64,000 nucleotides of DNA from the human T2T-CHM13v2.0 reference genome, Homo sapiens. Both the position numbers and the translations under genes were made by a program. Below, one piece after another: positions 45,859 through 58,800 of this stretch. A model generated the notes under the pieces. That model did no database searches. It was not told where the DNA came from and was given only the letters and a program-made list of their open reading frames with translations. Position 1 is the first letter of the stretch. Every line of letters begins with the position of its first letter. The stretch is from NCBI RefSeq assembly GCF_009914755.1, contig NC_060939.1. One strand, 5' to 3'.

Positions 45859-48800
45859 TCACCGGTAGTGTGGCCCGCAGGGACGCCGACCTGCTGGAGC
45901 ATCGTGCCAGCATGGGCTGTGGCAAGCACGTGGGCCAGCAGGAGGTTCCCGCTGCACAGCTGTGGGGTGAGGATAGACTGGGTGGTGATATCGGCCATTA
46001 CAGGGGCCTCTTCTGCTGGCAAGAGTGTGACAGTAGCAAGTAGATGGACAGGCCTGCGTGTGAGGACGGAATGCAGGAGGGGTTCTTGTGCGCCTGGGTG
46101 TGGGGCCCTCACGGGAACCGTGGAGAAATGGCCAGGTAACTGCGTCATGTGGGCTAGTAGATTGGCCAGGGCTTCGAACTGAAGGACGATAATGGGGAGT
46201 AGCTGTCAGGCCCTGGGAGTGCCTGAGTGTAAGTGGAGATGGGTTTGGGGTCACTGAGGGATGCGTGGGAGCCATCCCTGTATAGGTACAGGTCATAGGG
46301 AGATAGTCTCGTGAGGCCTGTGAGTGTCTAGGGTTGTCCTGGGTGCCTGGGGCTGACTGTGGCAGAAATCTGGGGAAGGCTGGAGAGAAGCTGGGAGACC
46401 CAGGAGAGTCCCTGAAGGCAGGGGGTGAAGAGGTGAAAGAAATGGGGGAGGGTTGCAGTAAGGTCCGTGAGTTTGTAGGTGATTCCTGGGTGCGGGAAGC
46501 TGACTCCAGGTGAAATCTGGAGATGGTTGGAGAGTAGCTGAGAGAGACAGAAGAGTCCCTGAGGGCTGGGGGTGAGAACATGAGGGAGACGGGGGAGTAA
46601 GTCAGTGAAATTCGTGAGTTCGGTGGTGTATCGTGGGTGCCTGGAACTGACTCCAGCTGGAATCTAGAGAAGTTTTGAGAGTAGCTGAAGGAGACACAAG
46701 AGTCCCTGTGGGCTGAGGGCAAAGACCTGAGAGAGACCAGGGAGGACCTCAGTGAAGTCTGTGAGTCTGTAGGTGATTCCGGAGAGTGGGAGGCTGACTC
46801 CCGCTGAAATCTGGGCGTGGTGGGAGAGTAGCTGGGACAGACAGGAGAGTCCCAGGGGGCTGGGGGTGAAGACATGAGAGAGACTGGGGAGTAACTCAGT
46901 GAAATTGCTGAGTTGGTTGGTGATACCTGGGTGCCTGGAACTGACCCCCGCTGAAATCTGGGCATGGTTGGAGAGTAGCTGGGACACACAGGAGAGTCCC
47001 TGAGGGCTGGGGGTGAAGACATGAGCGAGACCGGGTAGTAACTGAGTGAAACTGGTGAGTTTGGTGGTGACTCCGGGGTGCCTGGAACTGACTCCAGCTG
47101 AAATGTGGGCGTGGTTGGAGAGTAGCTGGGACAGACAGGAGAGTCCCTGAGGACTGGTGAAGACATGAGAGAGAGTGGAGAGTAATTGAGTGAAATTGGT
47201 GAGTTTGGTGGTGATTCCTGGGTGCCTGGAACTGACTCCCGCTGAAGTGTGGGCGTGGTTGGAGAGTAGCTGGGACACACAGGAGAGTCCCTGAGGGTTG
47301 GAGATAAAGACGTGCTAGAGACTGAGGAGTAACTGAGTGAAATTGGTGAGTTTGGTGGTGATTCCGGGGTGCCTGGAACGGACTCCAGCTGAAATGTGGG
47401 CGTGGTTGGAGAGTAGCTGGGACAGACGGGAGAGTCCCTGAGGGATGGTGAAGACATGAGAGAGACTGGGGAGTAACGCAGTGAAATTGGTGAGTTTGGT
47501 GGTGATTTCTGGGTGCCTGCAACGGACTCCCGCTGAAGTGTGGGCGTGCTTGGAGAGTAGCTGGGACAGACAGGCGAGTCCCTGAGGGTTGGAGATAAAG
47601 ACGTGCTAGAGACTGAGGAGTAACTGAGTGAAATTGGTGAGTTTGGTGGTGATACCGGGGTGCCTGGAACGGACTCCAGCTGAAATGTGGGCGTGGTTGG
47701 AGAGTAGCTGGGACAGACGGGAGAGTCCCTGAGGGATGGTGAAGACATGAGAGAGACTGGGGAGTAACGCAGTGAAATTGGTGAGTTTGGTGGTGATTTC
47801 TGGGTGCCTGCAACGGACTCCCGCTGAAGTGTGGGCGTGCTTGGAGAGTAGCTGGGACAGACAGGCGAGTCCCTGAGGGTTGGAGATAAAGACGTGCTGG
47901 AGACTGGGGAGTAACTCAGTGAAAGTGGTGGGCTTGGTGGTGATCCCAGGGTTCCTGGAACTGACCCGCGCTGAAATGTGGGCGTGGTTGGAGAGTAGCT
48001 GGGACAGACTGGAGGGTCCGTAAGGGCTGGGGGTGAAGACGTGAGAGAGACTGGCGAGGATCTCACTGAGGTCTGTGAGTTTGTAGGTGTTTCTGGGGTG
48101 TGGGGTACAGACTCCCGCTGAAATCTGGGCGTAGTTGGAGAGTAGCTGGGACAGACAGGAGAGTCATGGGTGGCTGGGGGTGAGCTGCTGGATGATGGCA
48201 GTAAGAACATATGGTACATTATTGATGAATGAGGTGACTGTGAAGAATCTCCAGAGGAGGACACGGGAGAACACAATGACATGAGTGACTGTCCTGCTTG
48301 GTTAGGAAAGGGAAACGTAAAGTTGTGGAATTCTGTTGATGATGGATGTGAGAGTGGTGAAGCCCTGCGGGGTGATGTAGAGGACTTCCACATCCCTGGT
48401 GAGGAGCTGCCCCTTGGGTCTGAGTTTCTGGGAGGGGAGAGGGAGAAGCTGGGTGAGGCAGGCATGAATCTTGAGGAGTCAGGGCTGGGGGACCGCTCAT
48501 ATTCTCCCGAGACCTGTGAGTCTCTGGGGGACTCCTGGGTGCATGGGGCTGACTCCCGCAGGAACCTGGGGATGGCTGGAGAGTAACTGGGAGCCACAGG
48601 AGGGTCCCTGAGGCCTGGGGGTGAAGAGATGCAAGACACAGTGGTGGAGCAGCGTGAGGCTCGTGAGTTTGTAGGTGATTCCTGGGTGTGGGGGGCTGAC
48701 TCCAGCTGAAATCTGGGGTTGTTTGGAGAGTAGCTGGGAGACACAGGAGACCCCCCGAGAGCTGGGGGTGAGCTGCTGGGTGATGGCAGTAAGAACATGT

Positions 48801-49131
48801 GGTATATTATTGATGAACGTGGGGACTCTGAGGAGTCCTCAGAGGAGGACACGGCAGAGCCCAATGGCTTCATTGATTGCCCATCACGGTGAGGACAGGG
48901 AAATGGGAGCTTGTGGGATTCTGGTGATGACAGAGGTGAGTGTGGTGAAGCCCTAGGGGATGGTGAATGGTAGTTCCGGATCCCTGGTGAGGAGCTTCCC
49001 CTTAAGCCTGAGTTTCTGAGAGGGGAGAGGGAGAAGCTGGGTGAGGCTCGCATGGACCTTGGGGTGTCCGTGCTGGGGGACCGTTCATAAGAAGAGCCAC
49101 ACAAGACCCTACTGTTCTTAGGTGCAGACAT
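45859..49131 (-). CDS. Putative 1090-aa CTD-like repeat protein (unit 8, intact)
   Basis: Full ORF, C11/R25/H301. Confidence 0.55.
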   Translation of the reverse strand: MSAPKNSRVLCGSSYERSPSTDTPRSMRASPSFSLSPLRNSGLRGSSSPGIRNYHSPSPRASPHSPLSSPESHKLPFPCPHRDGQSMKPLGSAVSSSEDSSESPRSSIIYHMFLLPSPSSSPPALGGSPVSPSYSPNNPRFQLESAPHTQESPTNSRASRCSTTVSCISSPPGLRDPPVAPSYSPAIPRFLRESAPCTQESPRDSQVSGEYERSPSPDSSRFMPASPSFSLSPPRNSDPRGSSSPGMWKSSTSPRRASPLSHPSSTEFHNFTFPFPNQAGQSLMSLCSPVSSSGDSSQSPHSSIMYHMFLLPSSSSSPPATHDSPVCPSYSPTTPRFQRESVPHTPETPTNSQTSVRSSPVSLTSSPPALTDPPVCPSYSPTTPTFQRGSVPGTLGSPPSPPLSLSYSPVSSTSLSPTLRDSPVCPSYSPSTPTLQRESVAGTQKSPPNSPISLRYSPVSLMSSPSLRDSPVCPSYSPTTPTFQLESVPGTPVSPPNSPISLSYSSVSSTSLSPTLRDSPVCPSYSPSTPTLQRESVAGTQKSPPNSPISLRYSPVSLMSSPSLRDSPVCPSYSPTTPTFQLESVPGTPESPPNSPISLSYSSVSSTSLSPTLRDSPVCPSYSPTTPTLQRESVPGTQESPPNSPISLNYSPLSLMSSPVLRDSPVCPSYSPTTPTFQLESVPGTPESPPNSPVSLSYYPVSLMSSPPALRDSPVCPSYSPTMPRFQRGSVPGTQVSPTNSAISLSYSPVSLMSSPPAPWDSPVCPSYSPTTPRFQRESASHSPESPTDSQTSLRSSLVSLRSLPSAHRDSCVSFSYSQNFSRFQLESVPGTHDTPPNSRISLTYSPVSLMFSPPALRDSSVSLSYSPTISRFHLESASRTQESPTNSRTLLQPSPISFTSSPPAFRDSPGSPSFSPAFPRFLPQSAPGTQDNPRHSQASRDYLPMTCTYTGMAPTHPSVTPNPSPLTLRHSQGLTATPHYRPSVRSPGQSTSPHDAVTWPFLHGSREGPTPRRTRTPPAFRPHTQACPSTCYCHTLASRRGPCNGRYHHPVYPHPTAVQREPPAGPRACHSPCWHDAPAGRRPCGPHYR

Positions 49132-49206
49132 GATTAGGAAACCTGCAGCTCCCAGGGGCCCCCACTAATGTTCTAACTCGCAGAAGGAAGGAGTGTGTGT
49201 GCGTGT

Positions 49207-49240
<34 letters not shown>

Positions 49241-51735
49241 TTGTGTGTGTGCGGTGTGAGGTATGGGCCCCTTAAGGAAATGGAAATCAACCAACCAATG
49301 GGACAGACAGACAGACAGACAGACAGAGATTCACTTGCCCAAGTGTTCTGTCCTGTCCTCTGAATCCGCTTCCAAGTCGCAAGACGCTGTGAGCTCCAAG
49401 TCCACGCAGAGTCCGCCAAACGCTGCGGCCGCTGATCCGCTCCGCGAAGATCTGAGTACAGGCCAGCCAGGGTGGGTTTAAATAGCCTCGGGCGCAGCCT
49501 AGCAGCGGAAAGGGCGGAGCTTCACTCCTCCTTTCCATCAGTCACCCCCAACTTTCCCAGGCTACACCTCGTAGGAAACTGTTCTCCTGCTTTGATTTCA
49601 TGCGCCACCTTTGGGACAATCTAAGAACTTACAGGTTTTCTTGGCCAGATTTATTAGGAATTGTATGCACTGAAACACTGAAAACCAACTAGTGGTTCTG
49701 TGCTTCCCACGTTGTGGTTTTGACACCAGCAGCATCCTTGCCACAATCAAACCCCGGAGATCCGCAGATCTGTGTTGTAACAAGACCTCCCCCTGACCCT
49801 GAAGCATGGCAGTTGAAGAAGTCTTTCCGTGTAAGCGAAAAGACTTTGAAGAAAAGGTGGAGATATGCGTTGTATAAACATTCTTTTGCTCTGGAACCAC
49901 GTAGAGACTTGGGAGCCAGTTGGGTGGAGCATTCGTTGGATGAGGGTGCTCGGGTTAGGAATATCAAGGTGTTTCTCCAGATAATCCAATCATCTAATTA
50001 AGATTCCAGTTATGCTCATCTGTTTTAAAATTCCGTTTGGGTAAATTCTTTTAGTCAGACTGAGAATGGCAAAGCCTCAACCCCAATTTCCAGGGAGGGT
50101 GGAGAGCCTCAGGTGGAGTTGATCACCAATAGCCTATAGTTTAACCCATCATGCCTATAGAATGAGGTCTCCATCAAAATCCAAAAGGACTGGGTTCAGA
50201 GAGCTTCTGGATAACACTTCCTGGAAGGTAGTGCGGCCCTCCCCGCATGGCGGGCCCCACATTTATTTCTGAACTTTGTGCAATGTCCGCTAAATTACAA
50301 CGGCAAATGTAAGTGTTTCCCTGCGTGCTGTGAGCTCTTCCAGCAAATGAATGCAACTAAATCTGGGAGTGGTGGCAACCTGATTTATAGCCAGTTGCTG
50401 AGAAGTACAGGTAAAACAACTTAGGGCTTCCCATTGTTATTGGTGTGGGAGGCCTGTCTGGCGGGACTCGGCCCTTTGGAATCTAATGCTATGTCCCGGT
50501 AGATAGCGTCACCATTGAATTAGAAGACACACATATGTGGAGAATAATCTTTCTGGTCATTTGCTGCATGTCTTATTTACAATATGTAATCAAATTCTTT
50601 ATCCTGACCTTATGGCACCTGGGTTTGAACCAAAAGTTGGTCTGTCACTTTCTGAGTTTGAAACTTTATTTTGCCTTTAGCGTTTTGCTATTGCTTTTTC
50701 GTTTTCTTTTGTTTCGTTTCGTTTCTAAGTTCTGGGGTATATGTGCAGGATGTGCAGATTTGTTACTAAGGTAAACGTGTGCCATGGTGGTTTGCTGCAC
50801 CTGTCAACCCGTCACCTAGGTATTAAGCCCAGCATGCAGTAGCTGTTTTTCTTAACGCTCTGCCTCCCGAACGGCCCCAGTGTGTGTTGTTCCCCTTCCT
50901 GTGTCCATGGGATCTCACTTTTCAGCTCCCATTATAAGTGAGAAGGTGGCGTTTGGTTTTCTTTCCCTGGATTAGTTTGCTGACGATAATGACCACACAT
51001 CACCACTGTTTTTGTTTTTTAGTATAAAGAGTAGTATTTTATTGAATAAGATTTGCTCACAGAAAAATAAGCTTAAATCTACAATGAATGCCAGACCCTA
51101 CAGCAGAAAGCAATTTTCTCACTTTTCCACACACAATGGTTCCTACTAAGTGAAAAAAAAGCCATAAAATTTCATTCACAAATGTACTACTCTGTCTCAA
51201 AACATCTCACGTAATCATGCACTGTACTAAAGCCATCAGATCAGTTCTTCAGTCAGGTTAAAGAAGTATCCCTCTAATAACTGACTTTTATAATGCTATC
51301 AATATCCACTCCCAATCAGTCTGCCATTGTTAGTGGTGTACAGCATTACTGAATACAACGGAATTGATGACGCCCATATCCACAGACAAACCGTGACTTA
51401 TGATGGTTTGATTTATGATTTTTCAACGTTATGATGGGTTTTTTGGAATATTAGATTCGTTTCTGAGTTACACTGGGTTTATGAGTATGCGACCCTACAC
51501 TCCAGAAACAGCTGTATAAGGAAAAACAGGTGTACCTAATAAAAATATGCTTAGTGACTTGGGATAAACCAATAGATGTTCACAAGTGATGGAGAGCCGT
51601 GAAAGAGAGATAGCGGTAAATAGTTACAATAACACAATTTTCCTGCACCTGTCGAGGATTTCCCCCAAAAAACGCAGAATGTGGGATGCACCTAAGGCAT
51701 ATGAAAGAGAGAGGGCGGAAGGAGTAAGAGAGAAA

Positions 51736-51860
51736 TAGGAGGAAGGGAGGAAGGAAGCAAGGAAGAAAGGAAGGAAGGAAAGAACGAAGGTAGGAAGGAA
51801 GGAAGGAAGGAAGGAAGGAAGGAAGGAAGGAAGGAAGGAAAGGAGGGTGAAAGGAAGGAG
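51736..51860. repeat. Variant (GGAA)n tract of unit 8
   Basis: +16 bp and several private substitutions, accounting for the 6598-bp period. Confidence 0.9.
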
Positions 51861-52456
51861 AAAACACCGGTGTTACTAAAACCCCCCAAAAAATGGTTTC
51901 CCCCTGTGGGTAAGCCTACAATGTGGATGAATCTTGAAAATATTGTGCTACGTGTTATGTCAGTCATAGCAGCTCACCTATTGTGCAATTCCGTTTATAG
52001 GAAATGTCCACAATATGGAAATCTATGCATATGGGATTGATCGCACTAGGTAGTTGCTACCTAGGGCTGAGGGTCAGGGAGAGGGTTTGAGACAGAATGA
52101 GGAGTGACTAATGTCTACAGGGTCTTTCTCTGGTCGGGGGTGATAAGACGTTTTACAATGGATTGCGAATTAAAATTGAATGTGCACAACCACAGGTATA
52201 CTAAAAGCCACTCAATTCATGACCTTTAATGGGGGAATCTTACGTGGCGTAGTCTCATGGAGACCACGGCAGACATAGTGAGAGAGAAAAAGGTGAGTAA
52301 ATATCTGAAACGGAGGCAGAAACAGAGAGAATGAAAAGCCCTGTGAATGGAAGGGAGAGCGAAAAGGGAAAATGGTCCTATTTACAAATGACAGATGTGA
52401 AACTGGGGTTCACATCAACAGTGTCACTGCCAGGAAGGAGGGTCATGCTAGCCATG

Positions 52457-55400
52457 TCACCGGTAGTGTGGCCCGCAGGGACGCCGACCTGCTGGAGCAT
52501 CGTGCCAGCATGGGCTGTGGCAAGCACGTGGGCCAGCAGGAGGTTCCCGCTGCACAGCTGTGGGGTGAGGATAGACTGGGTGGTGATATCGGCCATTACA
52601 GGGGCCTCTTCTGCTGGCAAGAGTGTGACAGTAGCAAGTAGATGGACAGGCCTGCGTGTGAGGACGGAATGCAGGAGGGGTTCTTGTGCGCCTGGGTGTG
52701 GGGCCCTCACGGGAACCGTGGAGAAATGGCCAGGTAACTGCGTCATGTGGGCTAGTAGATTGGCCAGGGCTTCGAACTGAAGGACGATAATGGGGAGTAG
52801 CTGTCAGGCCCTGGGAGTGCCTGAGTGTAAGTGGAGATGGGTTTGGGGTCACTGAGGGATGCGTGGGAGCCATCCCTGTATAGGTACAGGTCATAGGGAG
52901 ATAGTCTCGTGAGGCCTGTGAGTGTCTAGGGTTGTCCTGGGTGCCTGGGGCTGACTGTGGCAGAAATCTGGGGAAGGCTGGAGAGAAGCTGGGAGACCCA
53001 GGAGAGTCCCTGAAGGCAGGGGGTGAAGAGGTGAAAGAAATGGGGGAGGGTTGCAGTAAGGTCCGTGAGTTTGTAGGTGATTCCTGGGTGCGGGAAGCTG
53101 ACTCCAGGTGAAATCTGGAGATGGTTGGAGAGTAGCTGAGAGAGACAGAAGAGTCCCTGAGGGCTGGGGGTGAGAACATGAGGGAGACGGGGGAGTAAGT
53201 CAGTGAAATTCGTGAGTTCGGTGGTGTATCGTGGGTGCCTGGAACTGACTCCAGCTGGAATCTAGAGAAGTTTTGAGAGTAGCTGAAGGAGACACAAGAG
53301 TCCCTGTGGGCTGAGGGCAAAGACCTGAGAGAGACCAGGGAGGACCTCAGTGAAGTCTGTGAGTCTGTAGGTGATTCCGGAGAGTGGGAGGCTGACTCCC
53401 GCTGAAATCTGGGCGTGGTGGGAGAGTAGCTGGGACAGACAGGAGAGTCCCAGGGGGCTGGGGGTGAAGACATGAGAGAGACTGGGGAGTAACTCAGTGA
53501 AATTGCTGAGTTGGTTGGTGATACCTGGGTGCCTGGAACTGACCCCCGCTGAAATCTGGGCATGGTTGGAGAGTAGCTGGGACACACAGGAGAGTCCCTG
53601 AGGGCTGGGGGTGAAGACATGAGCGAGACCGGGTAGTAACTGAGTGAAACTGGTGAGTTTGGTGGTGACTCCGGGGTGCCTGGAACTGACTCCAGCTGAA
53701 ATGTGGGCGTGGTTGGAGAGTAGCTGGGACAGACAGGAGAGTCCCTGAGGACTGGTGAAGACATGAGAGAGAGTGGAGAGTAATTGAGTGAAATTGGTGA
53801 GTTTGGTGGTGATTCCTGGGTGCCTGGAACTGACTCCCGCTGAAGTGTGGGCGTGGTTGGAGAGTAGCTGGGACACACAGGAGAGTCCCTGAGGGTTGGA
53901 GATAAAGACGTGCTAGAGACTGAGGAGTAACTGAGTGAAATTGGTGAGTTTGGTGGTGATTCCGGGGTGCCTGGAACGGACTCCAGCTGAAATGTGGGCG
54001 TGGTTGGAGAGTAGCTGGGACAGACGGGAGAGTCCCTGAGGGATGGTGAAGACATGAGAGAGACTGGGGAGTAACGCAGTGAAATTGGTGAGTTTGGTGG
54101 TGATTTCTGGGTGCCTGCAACGGACTCCCGCTGAAGTGTGGGCGTGCTTGGAGAGTAGCTGGGACAGACAGGCGAGTCCCTGAGGGTTGGAGATAAAGAC
54201 GTGCTAGAGACTGAGGAGTAACTGAGTGAAATTGGTGAGTTTGGTGGTGATACCGGGGTGCCTGGAACGGACTCCAGCTGAAATGTGGGCGTGGTTGGAG
54301 AGTAGCTGGGACAGACGGGAGAGTCCCTGAGGGATGGTGAAGACATGAGAGAGACTGGGGAGTAACGCAGTGAAATTGGTGAGTTTGGTGGTGATTTCTG
54401 GGTGCCTGCAACGGACTCCCGCTGAAGTGTGGGCGTGCTTGGAGAGTAGCTGGGACAGACAGGCGAGTCCCTGAGGGTTGGAGATAAAGACGTGCTGGAG
54501 ACTGGGGAGTAACTCAGTGAAAGTGGTGGGCTTGGTGGTGATCCCAGGGTTCCTGGAACTGACCCGCGCTGAAATGTGGGCGTGGTTGGAGAGTAGCTGG
54601 GACAGACTGGAGGGTCCGTAAGGGCTGGGGGTGAAGACGTGAGAGAGACTGGCGAGGATCTCACTGAGGTCTGTGAGTTTGTAGGTGTTTCTGGGGTGTG
54701 GGGTACAGACTCCCGCTGAAATCTGGGCGTAGTTGGAGAGTAGCTGGGACAGACAGGAGAGTCATGGGTGGCTGGGGGTGAGCTGCTGGATGATGGCAGT
54801 AAGAACATATGGTACATTATTGATGAATGAGGTGACTGTGAAGAATCTCCAGAGGAGGACACGGGAGAACACAATGACATGAGTGACTGTCCTGCTTGGT
54901 TAGGAAAGGGAAACGTAAAGTTGTGGAATTCTGTTGATGATGGATGTGAGAGTGGTGAAGCCCTGCGGGGTGATGTAGAGGACTTCCACATCCCTGGTGA
55001 GGAGCTGCCCCTTGGGTCTGAGTTTCTGGGAGGGGAGAGGGAGAAGCTGGGTGAGGCAGGCATGAATCTTGAGGAGTCAGGGCTGGGGGACCGCTCATAT
55101 TCTCCCGAGACCTGTGAGTCTCTGGGGGACTCCTGGGTGCATGGGGCTGACTCCCGCAGGAACCTGGGGATGGCTGGAGAGTAACTGGGAGCCACAGGAG
55201 GGTCCCTGAGGCCTGGGGGTGAAGAGATGCAAGACACAGTGGTGGAGCAGCGTGAGGCTCGTGAGTTTGTAGGTGATTCCTGGGTGTGGGGGGCTGACTC
55301 CAGCTGAAATCTGGGGTTGTTTGGAGAGTAGCTGGGAGACACAGGAGACCCCCCGAGAGCTGGGGGTGAGCTGCTGGGTGATGGCAGTAAGAACATGTGG

Positions 55401-55729
55401 TATATTATTGATGAACGTGGGGACTCTGAGGAGTCCTCAGAGGAGGACACGGCAGAGCCCAATGGCTTCATTGATTGCCCATCACGGTGAGGACAGGGAA
55501 ATGGGAGCTTGTGGGATTCTGGTGATGACAGAGGTGAGTGTGGTGAAGCCCTAGGGGATGGTGAATGGTAGTTCCGGATCCCTGGTGAGGAGCTTCCCCT
55601 TAAGCCTGAGTTTCTGAGAGGGGAGAGGGAGAAGCTGGGTGAGGCTCGCATGGACCTTGGGGTGTCCGTGCTGGGGGACCGTTCATAAGAAGAGCCACAC
55701 AAGACCCTACTGTTCTTAGGTGCAGACAT
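52457..55729 (-). CDS. Putative 1090-aa CTD-like repeat protein (unit 9, intact)
   Basis: Full ORF, C11/R25/H301. Confidence 0.55.
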   Translation of the reverse strand: MSAPKNSRVLCGSSYERSPSTDTPRSMRASPSFSLSPLRNSGLRGSSSPGIRNYHSPSPRASPHSPLSSPESHKLPFPCPHRDGQSMKPLGSAVSSSEDSSESPRSSIIYHMFLLPSPSSSPPALGGSPVSPSYSPNNPRFQLESAPHTQESPTNSRASRCSTTVSCISSPPGLRDPPVAPSYSPAIPRFLRESAPCTQESPRDSQVSGEYERSPSPDSSRFMPASPSFSLSPPRNSDPRGSSSPGMWKSSTSPRRASPLSHPSSTEFHNFTFPFPNQAGQSLMSLCSPVSSSGDSSQSPHSSIMYHMFLLPSSSSSPPATHDSPVCPSYSPTTPRFQRESVPHTPETPTNSQTSVRSSPVSLTSSPPALTDPPVCPSYSPTTPTFQRGSVPGTLGSPPSPPLSLSYSPVSSTSLSPTLRDSPVCPSYSPSTPTLQRESVAGTQKSPPNSPISLRYSPVSLMSSPSLRDSPVCPSYSPTTPTFQLESVPGTPVSPPNSPISLSYSSVSSTSLSPTLRDSPVCPSYSPSTPTLQRESVAGTQKSPPNSPISLRYSPVSLMSSPSLRDSPVCPSYSPTTPTFQLESVPGTPESPPNSPISLSYSSVSSTSLSPTLRDSPVCPSYSPTTPTLQRESVPGTQESPPNSPISLNYSPLSLMSSPVLRDSPVCPSYSPTTPTFQLESVPGTPESPPNSPVSLSYYPVSLMSSPPALRDSPVCPSYSPTMPRFQRGSVPGTQVSPTNSAISLSYSPVSLMSSPPAPWDSPVCPSYSPTTPRFQRESASHSPESPTDSQTSLRSSLVSLRSLPSAHRDSCVSFSYSQNFSRFQLESVPGTHDTPPNSRISLTYSPVSLMFSPPALRDSSVSLSYSPTISRFHLESASRTQESPTNSRTLLQPSPISFTSSPPAFRDSPGSPSFSPAFPRFLPQSAPGTQDNPRHSQASRDYLPMTCTYTGMAPTHPSVTPNPSPLTLRHSQGLTATPHYRPSVRSPGQSTSPHDAVTWPFLHGSREGPTPRRTRTPPAFRPHTQACPSTCYCHTLASRRGPCNGRYHHPVYPHPTAVQREPPAGPRACHSPCWHDAPAGRRPCGPHYR

Positions 55730-55804
55730 GATTAGGAAACCTGCAGCTCCCAGGGGCCCCCACTAATGTTCTAACTCGCAGAAGGAAGGAGTGTGTGTGC
55801 GTGT

Positions 55805-55838
<34 letters not shown>

Positions 55839-58800
55839 TTGTGTGTGTGCGGTGTGAGGTATGGGCCCCTTAAGGAAATGGAAATCAACCAACCAATGGG
55901 ACAGACAGACAGACAGACAGACAGAGATTCACTTGCCCAAGTGTTCTGTCCTGTCCTCTGAATCCGCTTCCAAGTCGCAAGACGCTGTGAGCTCCAAGTC
56001 CACGCAGAGTCCGCCAAACGCTGCGGCCGCTGATCCGCTCCGCGAAGATCTGAGTACAGGCCAGCCAGGGTGGGTTTAAATAGCCTCGGGCGCAGCCTAG
56101 CAGCGGAAAGGGCGGAGCTTCACTCCTCCTTTCCATCAGTCACCCCCAACTTTCCCAGGCTACACCTCGTAGGAAACTGTTCTCCTGCTTTGATTTCATG
56201 CGCCACCTTTGGGACAATCTAAGAACTTACAGGTTTTCTTGGCCAGATTTATTAGGAATTGTATGCACTGAAACACTGAAAACCAACTAGTGGTTCTGTG
56301 CTTCCCACGTTGTGGTTTTGACACCAGCAGCATCCTTGCCACAATCAAACCCCGGAGATCCGCAGATCTGTGTTGTAACAAGACCTCCCCCTGACCCTGA
56401 AGCATGGCAGTTGAAGAAGTCTTTCCGTGTAAGCGAAAAGACTTTGAAGAAAAGGTGGAGATATGCGTTGTATAAACATTCTTTTGCTCTGGAACCACGT
56501 AGAGACTTGGGAGCCAGTTGGGTGGAGCATTCGTTGGATGAGGGTGCTCGGGTTAGGAATATCAAGGTGTTTCTCCAGATAATCCAATCATCTAATTAAG
56601 ATTCCAGTTATGCTCATCTGTTTTAAAATTCCGTTTGGGTAAATTCTTTTAGTCAGACTGAGAATGGCAAAGCCTCAACCCCAATTTCCAGGGAGGGTGG
56701 AGAGCCTCAGGTGGAGTTGATCACCAATAGCCTATAGTTTAACCCATCATGCCTATAGAATGAGGTCTCCATCAAAATCCAAAAGGACTGGGTTCAGAGA
56801 GCTTCTGGATAACACTTCCTGGAAGGTAGTGCGGCCCTCCCCGCATGGCGGGCCCCACATTTATTTCTGAACTTTGTGCAATGTCCGCTAAATTACAACG
56901 GCAAATGTAAGTGTTTCCCTGCGTGCTGTGAGCTCTTCCAGCAAATGAATGCAACTAAATCTGGGAGTGGTGGCAACCTGATTTATAGCCAGTTGCTGAG
57001 AAGTACAGGTAAAACAACTTAGGGCTTCCCATTGTTATTGGTGTGGGAGGCCTGTCTGGCGGGACTCGGCCCTTTGGAATCTAATGCTATGTCCCGGTAG
57101 ATAGCGTCACCATTGAATTAGAAGACACACATATGTGGAGAATAATCTTTCTGGTCATTTGCTGCATGTCTTATTTACAATATGTAATCAAATTCTTTAT
57201 CCTGACCTTATGGCACCTGGGTTTGAACCAAAAGTTGGTCTGTCACTTTCTGAGTTTGAAACTTTATTTTGCCTTTAGCGTTTTGCTATTGCTTTTTCGT
57301 TTTCTTTTGTTTCGTTTCGTTTCTAAGTTCTGGGGTATATGTGCAGGATGTGCAGATTTGTTACTAAGGTAAACGTGTGCCATGGTGGTTTGCTGCACCT
57401 GTCAACCCGTCACCTAGGTATTAAGCCCAGCATGCAGTAGCTGTTTTTCTTAACGCTCTGCCTCCCGAACGGCCCCAGTGTGTGTTGTTCCCCTTCCTGT
57501 GTCCATGGGATCTCACTTTTCAGCTCCCATTATAAGTGAGAAGGTGGCGTTTGGTTTTCTTTCCCTGGATTAGTTTGCTGACGATAATGACCACACATCA
57601 CCACTGTTTTTGTTTTTTAGTATAAAGAGTAGTATTTTATTGAATAAGATTTGCTCACAGAAAAATAAGCTTAAATCTACAATGAATGCCAGACCCTACA
57701 GCAGAAAGCAATTTTCTCACTTTTCCACACACAATGGTTCCTACTAAGTGAAAAAAAAGCCATAAAATTTCATTCACAAATGTACTACTCTGTCTCAAAA
57801 CATCTCACGTAATCATGCACTGTACTAAAGCCATCAGATCAGTTCTTCAGTCAGGTTAAAGAAGTATCCCTCTAATAACTGACTTTTATAATGCTATCAA
57901 TATCCACTCCCAATCAGTCTGCCATTGTTAGTGGTGTACAGCATTACTGAATACAACGGAATTGATGACGCCCATATCCACAGACAAACCGTGACTTATG
58001 ATGGTTTGATTTATGATTTTTCAACGTTATGATGGGTTTTTTGGAATATTAGATTCGTTTCTGAGTTACACTGGGTTTATGAGTATGCGACCCTACACTC
58101 CAGAAACAGCTGTATAAGGAAAAACAGGTGTACCTAATAAAAATATGCTTAGTGACTTGGGATAAACCAATAGATGTTCACAAGTGATGGAGAGCCGTGA
58201 AAGAGAGATAGCGGTAAATAGTTACAATAACACAATTTTCCTGCACCTGTCGAGGATTTCCCCCAAAAAACGCAGAATGTGGGATGCACCTAAGGCATAT
58301 GAAAGAGAGAGGGCAGAAGGAGTAAGAGAGAAATAGGAGGAAGGAAGGAAGGAAGCAAGGAAGAAAGGAAGGAAGGAAAGAAGGAAGGTAGGACGGAAGG
58401 AAGGAAGGAAGGAAGGAAGGAAAGAAGGATGAAAGGAAGGAGAAAACACCGGTGTTACTAAAACCCCCCAAAAAATGGTTTCCCCCTGTGGGTAAGCCTA
58501 CAATGTGGATGAATCTTGAAAATATTGTGCTACGTGTTATGTCAGTCATAGCAGCTCACCTATTGTGCAATTCCGTTTATAGGAAATGTCCACAATATGG
58601 AAATCTATGCATATGGGATTGATCGCACTAGGTAGTTGCTACCTAGGGCTGAGGGTCAGGGAGAGGGTTTGAGACAGAATGAGGAGTGACTAATGTCTAC
58701 AGGGTCTTTCTCTGGTCGGGGGTGATAAGACGTTTTACAATGGATTGCGAATTAAAATTGAATGTGCACAACCACAGGTATACTAAAAGCCACTCAATTC

